NCBI GenBank assembly: GCA_965243625.1
Contig: CBDEVI010000002.1
Coordinates: 2,201,496-2,265,495 of the forward strand
Direction of reading: 5' to 3'
DNA from: Chloroflexota bacterium
GTDB lineage: Bacteria; Chloroflexota; UBA11872
DNA length: 64,000 nucleotides
In this document: piece by piece, positions 45,102-54,521 of the stretch
Layout of the letters: each line of letters opens with the position of its first letter
Position numbering within the stretch: position 1 is the stretch's first letter
Translations under genes and position numbers: made by a program
The notes under the pieces: model-generated
The model's database searches: none
What the model was told of the DNA's origin: nothing
The model's input: only the letters and a program-made list of their open reading frames with translations

Positions 45102-46120
45102 CCGCGGCGGCCGCCGTGACGTCTTACGCACCGCAGGCGGCGTCGGCGATGACGGCGGCGGCGCGGGGATTCCTGGAATCGCTCGACGCGGCGCAACGGG
45201 TGGAGGCCATGTTCCCGTTCGTCGGGGACGAGCGCTTCGTCTGGCACTACACGCCGGTGGCGAGGAACGGCCTGTCGCTCAATGCCATGCAGCCCGATCA
45301 GCGGACCGCGGCCCTGGACCTGGTGGCCACGGGGCTGAGCCCGCGCGGCTGGCGTCAAGCCCGGCAGATCATGGCGCTGGAGACCATCCTGGACGAGTGG
45401 GAGCGCGTGCAGGGCCTTTCCGTGCGGTGGCTCCGCGATCCGGAGGAATACCATCTCAGCGTATTTGGCCAACCCGGCGACGACCGCTGGGCCTGGCGCG
45501 TGTGCGGCCATCATCTCCTGACCCACATCACCGTGGTGGCGGAGGCGCATCTGGCGTGCGTGCCGCTGTTCTTCGGCGCCAATCCGGCCGAGGTGCGCCA
45601 CGGGCCCGAGAAGGGCCTGCGCATTCTGTCGGCGGAGGAAGACCTGGCGCGCGGGCTTCTCACGCAGCTCACGCCCGACCAGCGCCGCGTCGCCGTGGTC
45701 GATCCGCAGGCGCCCGACGACATCCTCACGAAGAACTACCGGGCGATTCAGCCCGGGATGGCGCCCCAAGGTCTTGCCCTGGGCGACATGGCCCAGGCGC
45801 CGCGCGACCAGCTCGTGCGCCTCATCCGGCACTACGTCGACCGCTCGGCCGGTGAGATGGCCGCCAACGCCTGGCGCGACATCGAAGGCGCCGGCCTGGA
45901 CGCCGTCACATTCGCCTGGGCCGGCCCCCAGGAGCCGGGACACGGCCACTACTACGCGGTTGTCGGATCAACGTTCCTGATCGAATACGACAACACCCAG
46001 GACGGCGCGAATCACATTCACTCGGTGTGGCGCGACTTCACCAACGACTTCGGCGGCGATGTGCTGGCCGAGCACTACGCCGAGTCCGCCCACCACCAGA
46101 TCACCCCGACGACCGACTAG
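45098..46120 (+). CDS. DUF3500 family protein
   Basis: WAWRVCGHH, PLFFGANP, NHIHSVWRD..NDFG; ATGA overlap with ribH. Confidence 0.78.
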   Translation: MTAAAAVTSYAPQAASAMTAAARGFLESLDAAQRVEAMFPFVGDERFVWHYTPVARNGLSLNAMQPDQRTAALDLVATGLSPRGWRQARQIMALETILDEWERVQGLSVRWLRDPEEYHLSVFGQPGDDRWAWRVCGHHLLTHITVVAEAHLACVPLFFGANPAEVRHGPEKGLRILSAEEDLARGLLTQLTPDQRRVAVVDPQAPDDILTKNYRAIQPGMAPQGLALGDMAQAPRDQLVRLIRHYVDRSAGEMAANAWRDIEGAGLDAVTFAWAGPQEPGHGHYYAVVGSTFLIEYDNTQDGANHIHSVWRDFTNDFGGDVLAEHYAESAHHQITPTTD

Positions 46121-46206
46121 CAAAGAGCGTCTCTAATGCAAGGCCAGCATCATATGTATTGTGCGAGCCCTCCCCAATCTGGAGGCTCTATTTGCCCAAT
46201 AACCTC

Positions 46207-46836
46207 CTAGCATATTCCCAGCCTCGCTATATGTATAGTAGGGTCGTATTCGAATCTGAATATCTCAGCCAATTGAAAGCTTCTCGCCTCTGGGTTACGC
46301 ATGCTATGCGCAGCAAGCTTTGCTGATTCATAGTTGCGCCTGAATATTGCACAGGAAACTACGTGCCTCAAGATAAACGTATTCCAATCTAATAGTTTAG
46401 CTCTACTAGCCGCCCACACGCTAGCATCGAAACATTCATATGGAAGAACATCCCGTACGGCACGCCACACTGATTCATCGTGCTTAAAATCGTCCGAGAT
46501 CTCTCCAGCTGCACTTACTCTACCTCGAACATCATAGCATATCGAATCAGGTGTCGGAGTAGCCGTCGGAATAACTGTAGGAGTAGGGGTAGGGGTGACT
46601 GTGGGTGTCGCAGTCGCGGTCGGAATAGCCGTAGGTGTCGGAACGGCAGTTGGCGTAAACGTGGGTAAAGGCGTAGGTGTAGGCGTTTGCTCTTCAATCC
46701 AACCGATAGGTTGTCCTACCATTCTGATCACCTCCGGAGTACCGACAACGAGACCGATAAGCACTTCAGCTACTAGAACTGCGCCGACGAACCAACGAAT
46801 CCAGCGATTTGATACTAGAGCCTGTAGAAAGCTCAT
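46207..46836 (-). CDS. Low-GC hypothetical membrane-anchored protein with Pro/Thr repeat linker
   Basis: One N-terminal TM, (TP)n tract, ~110-aa C-terminal domain; ORF open to 46899. Confidence 0.6.
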   Translation of the reverse strand: MSFLQALVSNRWIRWFVGAVLVAEVLIGLVVGTPEVIRMVGQPIGWIEEQTPTPTPLPTFTPTAVPTPTAIPTATATPTVTPTPTPTVIPTATPTPDSICYDVRGRVSAAGEISDDFKHDESVWRAVRDVLPYECFDASVWAASRAKLLDWNTFILRHVVSCAIFRRNYESAKLAAHSMRNPEARSFQLAEIFRFEYDPTIHIARLGIC

Positions 46837-46931
46837 AGGAGCATTTTGAACGGGACTAGGCCGCACGTCTCCATACCGGCCTCTACGCATAACTGCCACA
46901 GTCCCTGACTAGGCATTTACGTTGGGGCCTG

Positions 46932-48497
46932 TCACACGCCCAGGGCGTAGCCCTCGCGCCGCGGGTCGGCGCCGCCCTCCAGCCACCCGGCCTCGGATCG
47001 CGCGACGCCTTGCATGCCTCCCATCGCTTGGTCGAACGCCTCGATCGTCTCCATGCGGTGGCCGCATGCGCGCAGCGCTTCGACCGCCTCCGGCCGTGCA
47101 CGAGATTCGATCCGCACCAGATCGCCATCGTGCGCGTGCAGGCGCGGCGCCTCGATCGCCGTTTGCACGTCGCGTCCGAAGGCCAGCATGCCGACCAGGA
47201 CTTGGGCTTGCGCCTGGCAAATCGTGTAGCTGCCCGGCGTGCCGAGGGCCAGCCGCGGCTCGCCCCCTTGCGTAACGATTGTCGGGGCGATGGGCAGGGA
47301 CAGCGGCCGGCCGCCGGACAAATGGTTGGGGCTGGCCGGGTCGCGATCGCCCCAATCCAGCAGGTTGTTCAGCACGATGCCCGTGCCCGGCACGACCAGA
47401 CCCGAGCCGAACTTGCCGCCCAGGCTCTGCGTCAGGCAGACCAAGTTTCCGTGCGCGTCGCCGGTTGCCAGCGCCGTGGTGTGCTGCGGCGGCTGGACCT
47501 CGCCCCGGTTGCTGGTGCGGCTTGAGCGGGCGGTGGCGGCTTCGGCGCGCATGCGCGCCACGGCGGCGTCGGCGAGCAAGGCCATGAGCTCGTCGCGCGG
47601 CGCATTCGTGTGCCGGATTCGGGCCGTTGCGGCCACCCGGATCGCCCTCACCAGCGTGTCCAAGTACGCCGGCTCGTCGTCGGCTTGCAGATCGTCTTCG
47701 AGAATTCGCAGCGTGAGCAGCATCTGGATGCCCTCGCTGGTCGGCGGCGGCGTGTGCACCTGGGCGCCCTCGAATGGCGTGGCCAGAGGCTCGGTCCAGC
47801 GGGGCTTTACGTCGCGCAGGTCGTCCTCCCCGATCCATCCGCCCTGGGACTGGACGTGTAGCGCCAGCGCCGCACCGAGCGGGCCGTCGTAGAGGGCGCC
47901 CGGTCCGTCGGCGGCGATTTGCTCCAGCATTGCCGCCAGGTCGGGCTGCCGCAGCATCGAGCCGGCTGGCGGCACCACGCGGTCGGGCGTGAACACGTCC
48001 AGCCACTCGGATTGCGCGGCATGGCGCTCGATGCAGACTTCGAGGAACTCGATGGCGAACGGCGAAAGCGGGTAGCCCTCTCGGGCAAGCTCGATGGCGG
48101 GCTGCAGCACTTCGGCGGGCGACTTGCTGCCGTAGCGGCTCAGCAATTCCCACCACCCGGCCAGGTTGCCGGGCGTGCCCGCCGTCTGAGCGGCGTTTGC
48201 CAGGTCCTTCCCGCGTCGGGCGTCCGTTTCGAGGCGGCGTGGCGCCGGCGGCACGAAGTCGAGCGCGCGCACGCGCCGTTCATCGGCCACGTAACAGCAG
48301 GCTGTGCCCATGCCGGCAAGGCCGGACATGTAGGGTTCCGCCACGCCCAGGGCCGCGGCAGTCGCCACCGCGGCGTCGAAGGCGTTTCCGCCGGCCACGA
48401 GCATTCGTGCGCCGGCAAGAGTTGCGAGCGGATGCGCCGACGCCACCATGCCGCGCATCGACCGCACGGCCGGTCTGCCGCCGGAAGGCGTGGGCAT
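46932..48497 (-). CDS. Gamma-glutamyltransferase family protein (second paralog)
   Basis: GGNAFDAAVA, HTTAL, TQSLG..FGSG...GTGIVLNN, GGADPRREG. Confidence 0.88.
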   Translation of the reverse strand: MPTPSGGRPAVRSMRGMVASAHPLATLAGARMLVAGGNAFDAAVATAAALGVAEPYMSGLAGMGTACCYVADERRVRALDFVPPAPRRLETDARRGKDLANAAQTAGTPGNLAGWWELLSRYGSKSPAEVLQPAIELAREGYPLSPFAIEFLEVCIERHAAQSEWLDVFTPDRVVPPAGSMLRQPDLAAMLEQIAADGPGALYDGPLGAALALHVQSQGGWIGEDDLRDVKPRWTEPLATPFEGAQVHTPPPTSEGIQMLLTLRILEDDLQADDEPAYLDTLVRAIRVAATARIRHTNAPRDELMALLADAAVARMRAEAATARSSRTSNRGEVQPPQHTTALATGDAHGNLVCLTQSLGGKFGSGLVVPGTGIVLNNLLDWGDRDPASPNHLSGGRPLSLPIAPTIVTQGGEPRLALGTPGSYTICQAQAQVLVGMLAFGRDVQTAIEAPRLHAHDGDLVRIESRARPEAVEALRACGHRMETIEAFDQAMGGMQGVARSEAGWLEGGADPRREGYALGV

Positions 48498-48620
48498 GGC
48501 TCCGATTTCCATTCGGCAGTCGGTGGCGCCCATTGTTCCGCCGTCCGGCGCGCGGTGTCACGCCGCCCCGCAATCGCCTACCATCGCCCGTGGCCGACGC
48601 ACCGCTTGAATCGAGCCGCC

Positions 48621-49730
48621 ATGGCGCCGAACGACTCTGTGACAGCCGACGTTTATGCCGATTTGGGGCTGGAGCGCGTGGTAAACGCCCGCGGCAATCA
48701 GACGGTGCTCGGCGGGTCGCGGCTCTCCCCGCGCGTGCTGGCGGCCATGGAATCCGCCAATGCGTCGTTCGTAGACCTTGACGCCCTGCTGACGCGCGTG
48801 GGCGAGTTGGCGGCGGAGATCCTGGGCTGTGAAGCGGCCTATCCGACCTCCGGCTGCGCGGCGGCCATGGCGCTTGGCACCGCCGCGTGCATGGCCGGCG
48901 ACGACCAGGAGCTCATCGCCCAGCTTCCCGATACGACCGGCATGCGGAACAAGGTCGTCATCCAGTCACCGCAGCGCAACGAGTACGACCGCATGCCGAG
49001 CGTGGCGGGGGCGCAGCTCGTGGTGGTCGAGCCGCGGGACTTCGAGGCTTCGCTCACCGACGACACGGCGGCCGCGTTCTTCGTGGCGTCGTATGACGGC
49101 CGCGGCGGCAGCGTGCTCCTGTCCGACGCCATCCCGATGGCGCACGCGCGGGGCATTCCGGTGATCGTGGACGCCGCCGGCAGCGTCAGCCCTCCGCAGA
49201 TGATGAATGAGGTCGTGAGCACCGGCGCCGACCTTATCGGCTTTGGGGCCAAGTACTTTGGCGCGCCGAATTCCACCGGCCTGCTGTGCGGGCGCGGCGA
49301 CCTGGTCCGCGCGGCGGCGTTGCAGGGCTTCATCGGCTTCGAGCTGCACGGCGGCAACGCGTTCGGCCGCGGCTTCAAGCTGGACCGAGCCGAGGCCGTC
49401 GCCGTGATCGAGGCGCTGCGCGAGTGGCGCAGCGGGGGTTACGAGGCCGTCCGCGACAGCAGCAACGCCCGCGCCCACGCCCTGGTCGGGCAACTCGCCG
49501 ACATTCCGGGAATGACGGCGCGGGTGGACGCCGACTTTGGGCGGGCCGTGGTCAGCTTCGACTCGGGAAGCGCGCACAGCGCCGAGAGCGTCGCCGCGGC
49601 CCTAAGCGAGTGTCACCCGCCGATCTGGGCGCGCGTAGAAGGCGTGGAGCTGGCGTTCCAGACGAACACGCTCAGCGACGACGATCTACTGATCGTCGCG
49701 ACGAGCCTGCGAGAGATTCTCAAAAGCTAG
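48621..49730 (+). CDS. SelA-like/DgaE-like PLP-dependent enzyme
   Basis: RVVNARG..T.LGGS, TSGCAAA, VIVDAA, GADL..F.AK. Confidence 0.75.
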   Translation: MAPNDSVTADVYADLGLERVVNARGNQTVLGGSRLSPRVLAAMESANASFVDLDALLTRVGELAAEILGCEAAYPTSGCAAAMALGTAACMAGDDQELIAQLPDTTGMRNKVVIQSPQRNEYDRMPSVAGAQLVVVEPRDFEASLTDDTAAAFFVASYDGRGGSVLLSDAIPMAHARGIPVIVDAAGSVSPPQMMNEVVSTGADLIGFGAKYFGAPNSTGLLCGRGDLVRAAALQGFIGFELHGGNAFGRGFKLDRAEAVAVIEALREWRSGGYEAVRDSSNARAHALVGQLADIPGMTARVDADFGRAVVSFDSGSAHSAESVAAALSECHPPIWARVEGVELAFQTNTLSDDDLLIVATSLREILKS

Positions 49731-49767
49731 GCGCGGAAGCCCTGCTTCCGTGCCGGCCGCGGGAGGT

Positions 49768-50130
49768 CTAGTAGCGACCGCCTCCGCCGCCGCCGTAGCC
49801 GCCGCCACCGCCGCCGTAGCCACCGCCACCGCCGCCGTAGCCGCCACCACCGCCGCCGCCGCCGTAGCCACCGCTACGCGGGCGAGACTCGCGCGGGCGC
49901 GCCTCGTTGACGGTCAGCGCGCGACCCATCAGGTCGGAGCCGTTGAGGGCCTCGATGGCCTGGCGAGCCATCTCGTCGTCCATCATTTCGACGAAACCAA
50001 AACCGCGCGACTTTCCGGTCACGCGGTCCTTGATCACCGTGGCTCGAGTGATCTCGCCGTATCGTGCGAAGAGCTCATGGAGCTCGTCATCGGTCGTCAC
50101 GAACGGCAAATTGCCGACGAAGATATTCAT
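49768..50130 (-). CDS. RRM RNA-binding protein with Gly/Tyr-rich tail
   Basis: RNP2 IFVGNL, RNP1 RGFGFVEM, VNEARPR, (GGGGGGY)n. Confidence 0.93.
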   Translation of the reverse strand: MNIFVGNLPFVTTDDELHELFARYGEITRATVIKDRVTGKSRGFGFVEMMDDEMARQAIEALNGSDLMGRALTVNEARPRESRPRSGGYGGGGGGGGYGGGGGGYGGGGGGYGGGGGGRY

Positions 50131-50344
50131 CAAGTCAAACCTTCCGCGGAACTCATGCGACGCTCGCCTGATCCGCCAACCTTGCCCGCCGCACACTCCG
50201 CGGTCGCAGCCAAGAATCCAACGTTGCAGGTTCCACGCGGAACCCGACACTGCGCAAACAGTACCACGGGATGCGGCGTTCGCCGCCAAGAATTTTGGAT
50301 GAATTTCGCGGTGGGCGGTTGCCGGTCGGCGTGGCGGACGGCTG

Positions 50345-51760
50345 TTAGCCGCCTCCGCCGCCGCCCGCGCGCACGCCGGCCTCGGTCATGGGCGTGGGGT
50401 CCAGCGCCTCCGCCAGCTCGTCGGGTGGGATATCCGTGAGCCTTGCCGCAACCTCCGGCACGCCTTCGCCCGTCGCCACGGCCTCCTTGGCGATCTCGGC
50501 GGCGGCCGCATAGCCGATGCGCGGCGCGAGCGCGGTCGCCAGCATGGTGTTCCGCTCCAGCCAGTAGCGCAGCATCCGGTCGTCCACCTCCAACCCGCGG
50601 ACGGCGCGGGTGTCGAATGCCCGCGTCGCGTTCGTCAGTACCTCGATGGACTGGCAGAGGTTGTAGGCGATGCAGGGCATCATCACGTTCAATTCGAGTT
50701 GCCCGGCTTCGGCGGCCCACTGGACGGCCGCGTCGTTGCCGAACACGTGGAAGCAGACCATGTTCAGGCACTCGGCCATGACCGGGTTGACCTTGCCGGG
50801 CATTATCGACGATCCCGGCTGCAGCGCGGGCAGCCGCAGCTCGGAGATGCCCGTGCGGGGACCCGAGGCCAGCAGGCGGAAGTCGTTGGCGATGCGGCTC
50901 AGGTCGATGGCCAGCGCGCGCAGCGCGCCGGACAGCATGGCGAACCGCGCCATGCTCTGCATCGAGTAGAAGAGATTCTCGGCGCGGCGGACGTCGAGCC
51001 CCGTGACCTCGGCGATGACGTCGATGACTTCGACCTGGTATTCGGGCTCGGCGTTCAAGCCGCTGCCGACGGCCGTGCCGCCGATGCTCAATTCCTGAAC
51101 CTGGGATTCGGCGTCGCGGATGAACGCCGCATCGCGGCGGATGGCCTCCGCATAGGCCCCAAACTCCTGGCCCAGCCGCACCGGCGTGGCGTCCTGCAGG
51201 TGGGTGCGGCCCGACTTCACGATCCCGTCCCAGTCGCACGCCTTCTCGTCGAACGCGTCCGCCAGGCCATCCAGTGACACATACAGGTCCTGCAACAGCT
51301 TCAGCGCCGCCAGGGCGATGGCCGTGGGAATGATGTCGTTGGTCGACTGGGCCATGTTCACGTGGTCGTTGGGGTGCACCGGCGCGTAGGCGCCGCGCTC
51401 GCCGCCCAGGAGCTCATTGGCGCGGTTGGCGAGCAGCTCGTTGGCGTTCATGTTGTGCGAGGTGCCGGCCCCGGCCTGGAAGACGTCGACGACGAACTGG
51501 TCCTGGTGCAGCCCGTCCGTCAGCACCTCGTCCGCGGCCTGCACGATCGCGTCCGCCAGCTTGGCGTCGAGCCGGCCGGTGCCGCGGTGGGCAATGGCCG
51601 CGGCCTTCTTCACCACCACCGTCGCCCAAATGAACGCCGGGTGCGGGCCGATGCCGCTGATGTCGAAGTTCTCAACCGCACGCTGCGTCTGCACGCCGTA
51701 GAGCGCGCCGGCCGGTACCTCCAGATCGCCCAGGGGGTCCGTTTCGGTCCGTGTCGTCAT
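50345..51760 (-). CDS. Aspartate ammonia-lyase / class II fumarase family
   Basis: YGVQTQRA, GAGTSHNMNANE, KSGRTHLQDA, GSSIMPGKVNP. Confidence 0.9.
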   Translation of the reverse strand: MTTRTETDPLGDLEVPAGALYGVQTQRAVENFDISGIGPHPAFIWATVVVKKAAAIAHRGTGRLDAKLADAIVQAADEVLTDGLHQDQFVVDVFQAGAGTSHNMNANELLANRANELLGGERGAYAPVHPNDHVNMAQSTNDIIPTAIALAALKLLQDLYVSLDGLADAFDEKACDWDGIVKSGRTHLQDATPVRLGQEFGAYAEAIRRDAAFIRDAESQVQELSIGGTAVGSGLNAEPEYQVEVIDVIAEVTGLDVRRAENLFYSMQSMARFAMLSGALRALAIDLSRIANDFRLLASGPRTGISELRLPALQPGSSIMPGKVNPVMAECLNMVCFHVFGNDAAVQWAAEAGQLELNVMMPCIAYNLCQSIEVLTNATRAFDTRAVRGLEVDDRMLRYWLERNTMLATALAPRIGYAAAAEIAKEAVATGEGVPEVAARLTDIPPDELAEALDPTPMTEAGVRAGGGGGG

Positions 51761-52956
51761 CCGTCGTCCTTCCCGATGTCTCGCTGTGTCGTGGCCGCGG
51801 CTGTTCCCAATCCACGCAAACGGTCGATCACTGCATTGCAAGCCTGCACCAGCACACGAAATCTTCCCAGGTCCGTGGGGGAAACGAGCTGAAAGACGGC
51901 CTCCCGCTCGCGCGTATAGTCCGCGACCGAAAGACTCGGGCGGCGCTGCACCGCCGGCAAGTGCTCGCCGATTCCCAGTGCCGTCAGGAAATCCCCCTGC
52001 GTGCCCAGGCGCGCCGCCGTCGCACCGGCGTGCGCTCCCGCGTCGATGAGTTCGGAGAAGTTTACGTGCGCCGTCAGGTCGGAGGAGCCCGGATCGGCCA
52101 ACACGTCCTCCGAGGCGCGGTGTTGGCGGTAGGCCAGCAGCGTTCCCCGGCTGAAGCGCGGGCCGTGAATCTCGGCCGCGAGGCCGCCGTAGTCGATGCT
52201 CGTCATAGTCCAGCGGCGGGCAATGCGACTGACGTGTGCGTAGATCTCGGCCACGCCCTCGCGCATCTCGATGATTCCGCCGTCGGGAACGCTTTGGCCG
52301 TAGCGTCGCGCGTAGGCCTTGGCTTCGACATCCGCCGGAAATGGCTCAAGGGACAGGAGTTCGTCGCTCAGGCCCACGCGCAGCTCGACCCAGTCGCCGC
52401 CGTTGCGTTGCAGCAGCCGCACGGGCAGGGCGTCGAATAGCTCGTTGCTGAGAAACGCGGCCGCCGGGCCGGCGTCGATTTCGTCCAACGACGCCACGAA
52501 CGCGGTCCTAGGCGCTTGCTTCCGGGCCCGCGCCAGTGCCTGGGCGGAGCGCTCGACGCCGACGTAGGCCAGGTGCTCACGCCAAGGGCGCTCCTGGGCG
52601 GCCGACGCGATTTGGCGGGCGAGCGTGCCGTTGCCGCAGCCAAGCTCGACTACCCGGAATGGTCGAGGTTCGCCAAGCGCGGTCCACACGTCATCGAGGT
52701 GCCGCGCCAGGAGCGTGCCGAAGAGCTGCGGGTGCACGGTGACGCTGGTGAAGAAGTCGCCGGCGCGGGACGGCGAGCGGCTATAGAAGCCGTGGCGCTC
52801 GTCGTAGAGGGCCGACGCCATGAAGTCGGCGAACGAAATCGGGCCGTCGGCGGCGATGCGCCGGCGAAGTGACTCGAAAAGAGGGCTGCGGGACGCTACT
52901 GCAGGTTCGAGACGACGATGACGAAGGCGATGAGCAGGATCGCCACGGCGGCCCAC
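51757..52956 (-). CDS. SAM-dependent methyltransferase, MidA/NDUFAF7 family
   Basis: GPISFADFM..ALY, GDFFTS, VELGCGNG, SNELFDALP, IDYG, DLTAHVNF; start uncertain. Confidence 0.85.
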   Translation of the reverse strand: MGRRGDPAHRLRHRRLEPAVASRSPLFESLRRRIAADGPISFADFMASALYDERHGFYSRSPSRAGDFFTSVTVHPQLFGTLLARHLDDVWTALGEPRPFRVVELGCGNGTLARQIASAAQERPWREHLAYVGVERSAQALARARKQAPRTAFVASLDEIDAGPAAAFLSNELFDALPVRLLQRNGGDWVELRVGLSDELLSLEPFPADVEAKAYARRYGQSVPDGGIIEMREGVAEIYAHVSRIARRWTMTSIDYGGLAAEIHGPRFSRGTLLAYRQHRASEDVLADPGSSDLTAHVNFSELIDAGAHAGATAARLGTQGDFLTALGIGEHLPAVQRRPSLSVADYTREREAVFQLVSPTDLGRFRVLVQACNAVIDRLRGLGTAAATTQRDIGKDDG

Positions 52957-53231
52957 ACGGTCAGCGGCAATCCCAGCAGGGTGGAGGACGGCGTGCTCGG
53001 CGCGGACTTGCGCGCGCGAGGCTCCGACGCGGCTCGCTCGCGCTCGGTCTGCTCACGCAATCGGCGTAGGTTTTCGCTGATCTTGGGCGCGAACTTGCCG
53101 GATTCGTCCGGGGTGGCCGTCTCAGAGCTCAGGTCGGCTTCGGTCGTCTCGGGTCGAGGCAGCTTCTCGCCGCAGTTGATGCACAGCCAGGCGCCCTCAG
53201 TGTTCTGATGGCTGCACTCCGGACACCGCAT
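52896..53231 (-). CDS. Zinc-ribbon protein with C-terminal TM helix
   Basis: MRCPEC...CINCG; hydrophobic C-terminus. Confidence 0.75.
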   Translation of the reverse strand: MRCPECSHQNTEGAWLCINCGEKLPRPETTEADLSSETATPDESGKFAPKISENLRRLREQTERERAASEPRARKSAPSTPSSTLLGLPLTVWAAVAILLIAFVIVVSNLQ

Positions 53232-53383
53232 ATGCACCGACCCGCAACGGCTTTCCCCTGCGGCCAATCCTAGCACCCGCCCTTTCCGTGATTGGTGCGA
53301 AACGCGCCAATCGCGGCGGGCATCCGGGCGGCGGGCTCCCTCGATTCGCCGGTTGACTTGCGGGGATGGATTCCCGCCATTCG

Positions 53384-53503
53384 GAGACCCTTGCATAGTC
53401 CGGTCGAACGAAGCCTGACCGTGCGAACTCCGTGCGCCCCCAGGTTCAGTGAAGGGTGGATTCCCGCTTCCGCGGGAATGACGAAGGATTAGGCATTGGT
53501 CTC
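53384..53503 (+). mobile_element. MITE copy (120 bp) inserted in a REP hairpin
   Basis: GAGACCCTTGC...GCATTGGTCTC; flanks CATTCG/CCTTCG; host halves TGGATTCCCG (53367) and CGGGAATGAC (53510). Confidence 0.8.
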
Positions 53504-53557
53504 CCTTCGCGGGAATGACAAACTCAAGAGGGCTCACCGCGGCAATGCCCGGGATCG

Positions 53558-53585
53558 TTGGGGCGATCCGGCGCGTTCGTATAAT
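53558..53585 (+). promoter_or_regulatory. Putative sigma-70 promoter for the fmdB-dtd-hisD operon
   Basis: TTGGGG-16 nt-TATAAT (TATAAT at 53580-53585 is rare at this GC content). Confidence 0.35.
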
Positions 53586-53651
53586 CCCGCTGGCGCCGCC
53601 GCGTGCCGGCAACCCATGGCGGCCCAATCTTTCCTCAAGGAGTCCCGCCGC

Positions 53652-54011
53652 GTGCCGACCTACGAATACGAATGCACCGCGTGCGGCCACAACTTCGACC
53701 TGGTGCAGAAGTTCAGCGACGAGCCGGCAACCCAGTGTCCGGAGTGTCAGGGCCGCTTGCGCAAGGTCTTTCACGCGGCCGGCATCATCTTCAAGGGCGA
53801 GGGCTGGTACGCCACCGACAGCCGCTCCAGCGACGAAAAGAACAAGTTCAAGGACGACGGAAAGGCGCCCGCCGAGTCAGGCGACGCCGGCAAGGACAAA
53901 TCGGACAAGCCGGCCAAGGATGGGGCGACCAAAGAGGCCCCTGCGAAGGAGACCGCGGCGGCCAAGTCCGACGCGAAGGCGGAGCCGGCGAAGGGCGCCG
54001 CGTCCGATTGA
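53652..54011 (+). CDS. FmdB-family zinc-ribbon protein
   Basis: PTYEYECTACG...CPEC...FKGEGWYATD; Lys/Ala-rich tail; AAGGAG RBS. Confidence 0.88.
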   Translation: MPTYEYECTACGHNFDLVQKFSDEPATQCPECQGRLRKVFHAAGIIFKGEGWYATDSRSSDEKNKFKDDGKAPAESGDAGKDKSDKPAKDGATKEAPAKETAAAKSDAKAEPAKGAASD

Positions 54012-54023
54012 GGCGCGATCCCC

Positions 54024-54491
54024 ATGCGCGTCGTCATCCAACGAGTCTCGCGAGCCCGCGTGTCCGTGGGCGGCCGCGAGGTGGCGGCCATTGGTTCGGG
54101 TCTCCTGGCGTTGGTCGGCGCGGCGGAGGGCGACGGTCCCGACGACGTGCGCTATCTCGCGGAGAAGGTCGCCAATCTGCGCATCATGCCGGACGCGGAC
54201 CGGCGCATGAATCGGTCCGTACTGGACACGGCGGGGGCCGTGCTGGTGGTGTCGCAGTTCACCCTGATTGCCGAAACGCGCAAGGGACGCCGCCCCAGCT
54301 TCACCGGCGCGGCCGCGCCGGCAATTGCCGAGCCGTTGGTGAAGGAGTTTGGTGCCGCCCTCGAGGCGCTGGGCGTGCCCGTGAGCCACGGCGAGTTCGG
54401 GGCCGCCATGGATGTCGAGCTGGTCAACGAGGGGCCCGTCACCATCATTCTGGATAGCCATGACCGACACATCGCGCGTCGGCGCGCGTAG
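54024..54491 (+). CDS. dtd: D-aminoacyl-tRNA deacylase
   Basis: MRVVIQRV, VVSQFTL, KGRRPSF, NEGPVT. Confidence 0.95.
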   Translation: MRVVIQRVSRARVSVGGREVAAIGSGLLALVGAAEGDGPDDVRYLAEKVANLRIMPDADRRMNRSVLDTAGAVLVVSQFTLIAETRKGRRPSFTGAAAPAIAEPLVKEFGAALEALGVPVSHGEFGAAMDVELVNEGPVTIILDSHDRHIARRRA

Positions 54492-54521
54492 CCGACGGTC
54501 GCGTCCGGGCACGGCCCAGCC

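Noticed and set aside
49503-49516. REP-like ATTCCGGGAATGAC inside the PLP enzyme gene
   Set aside because: It encodes an ordinary IPGMT and lacks the rest of the stem; likely coincidence.
48621-49730. True selA (selenocysteine synthase)
   Set aside because: It is shorter (369 aa), lacks the SelA N-terminal domain, and has no selB/selC/selD nearby, so it is called SelA-like only.
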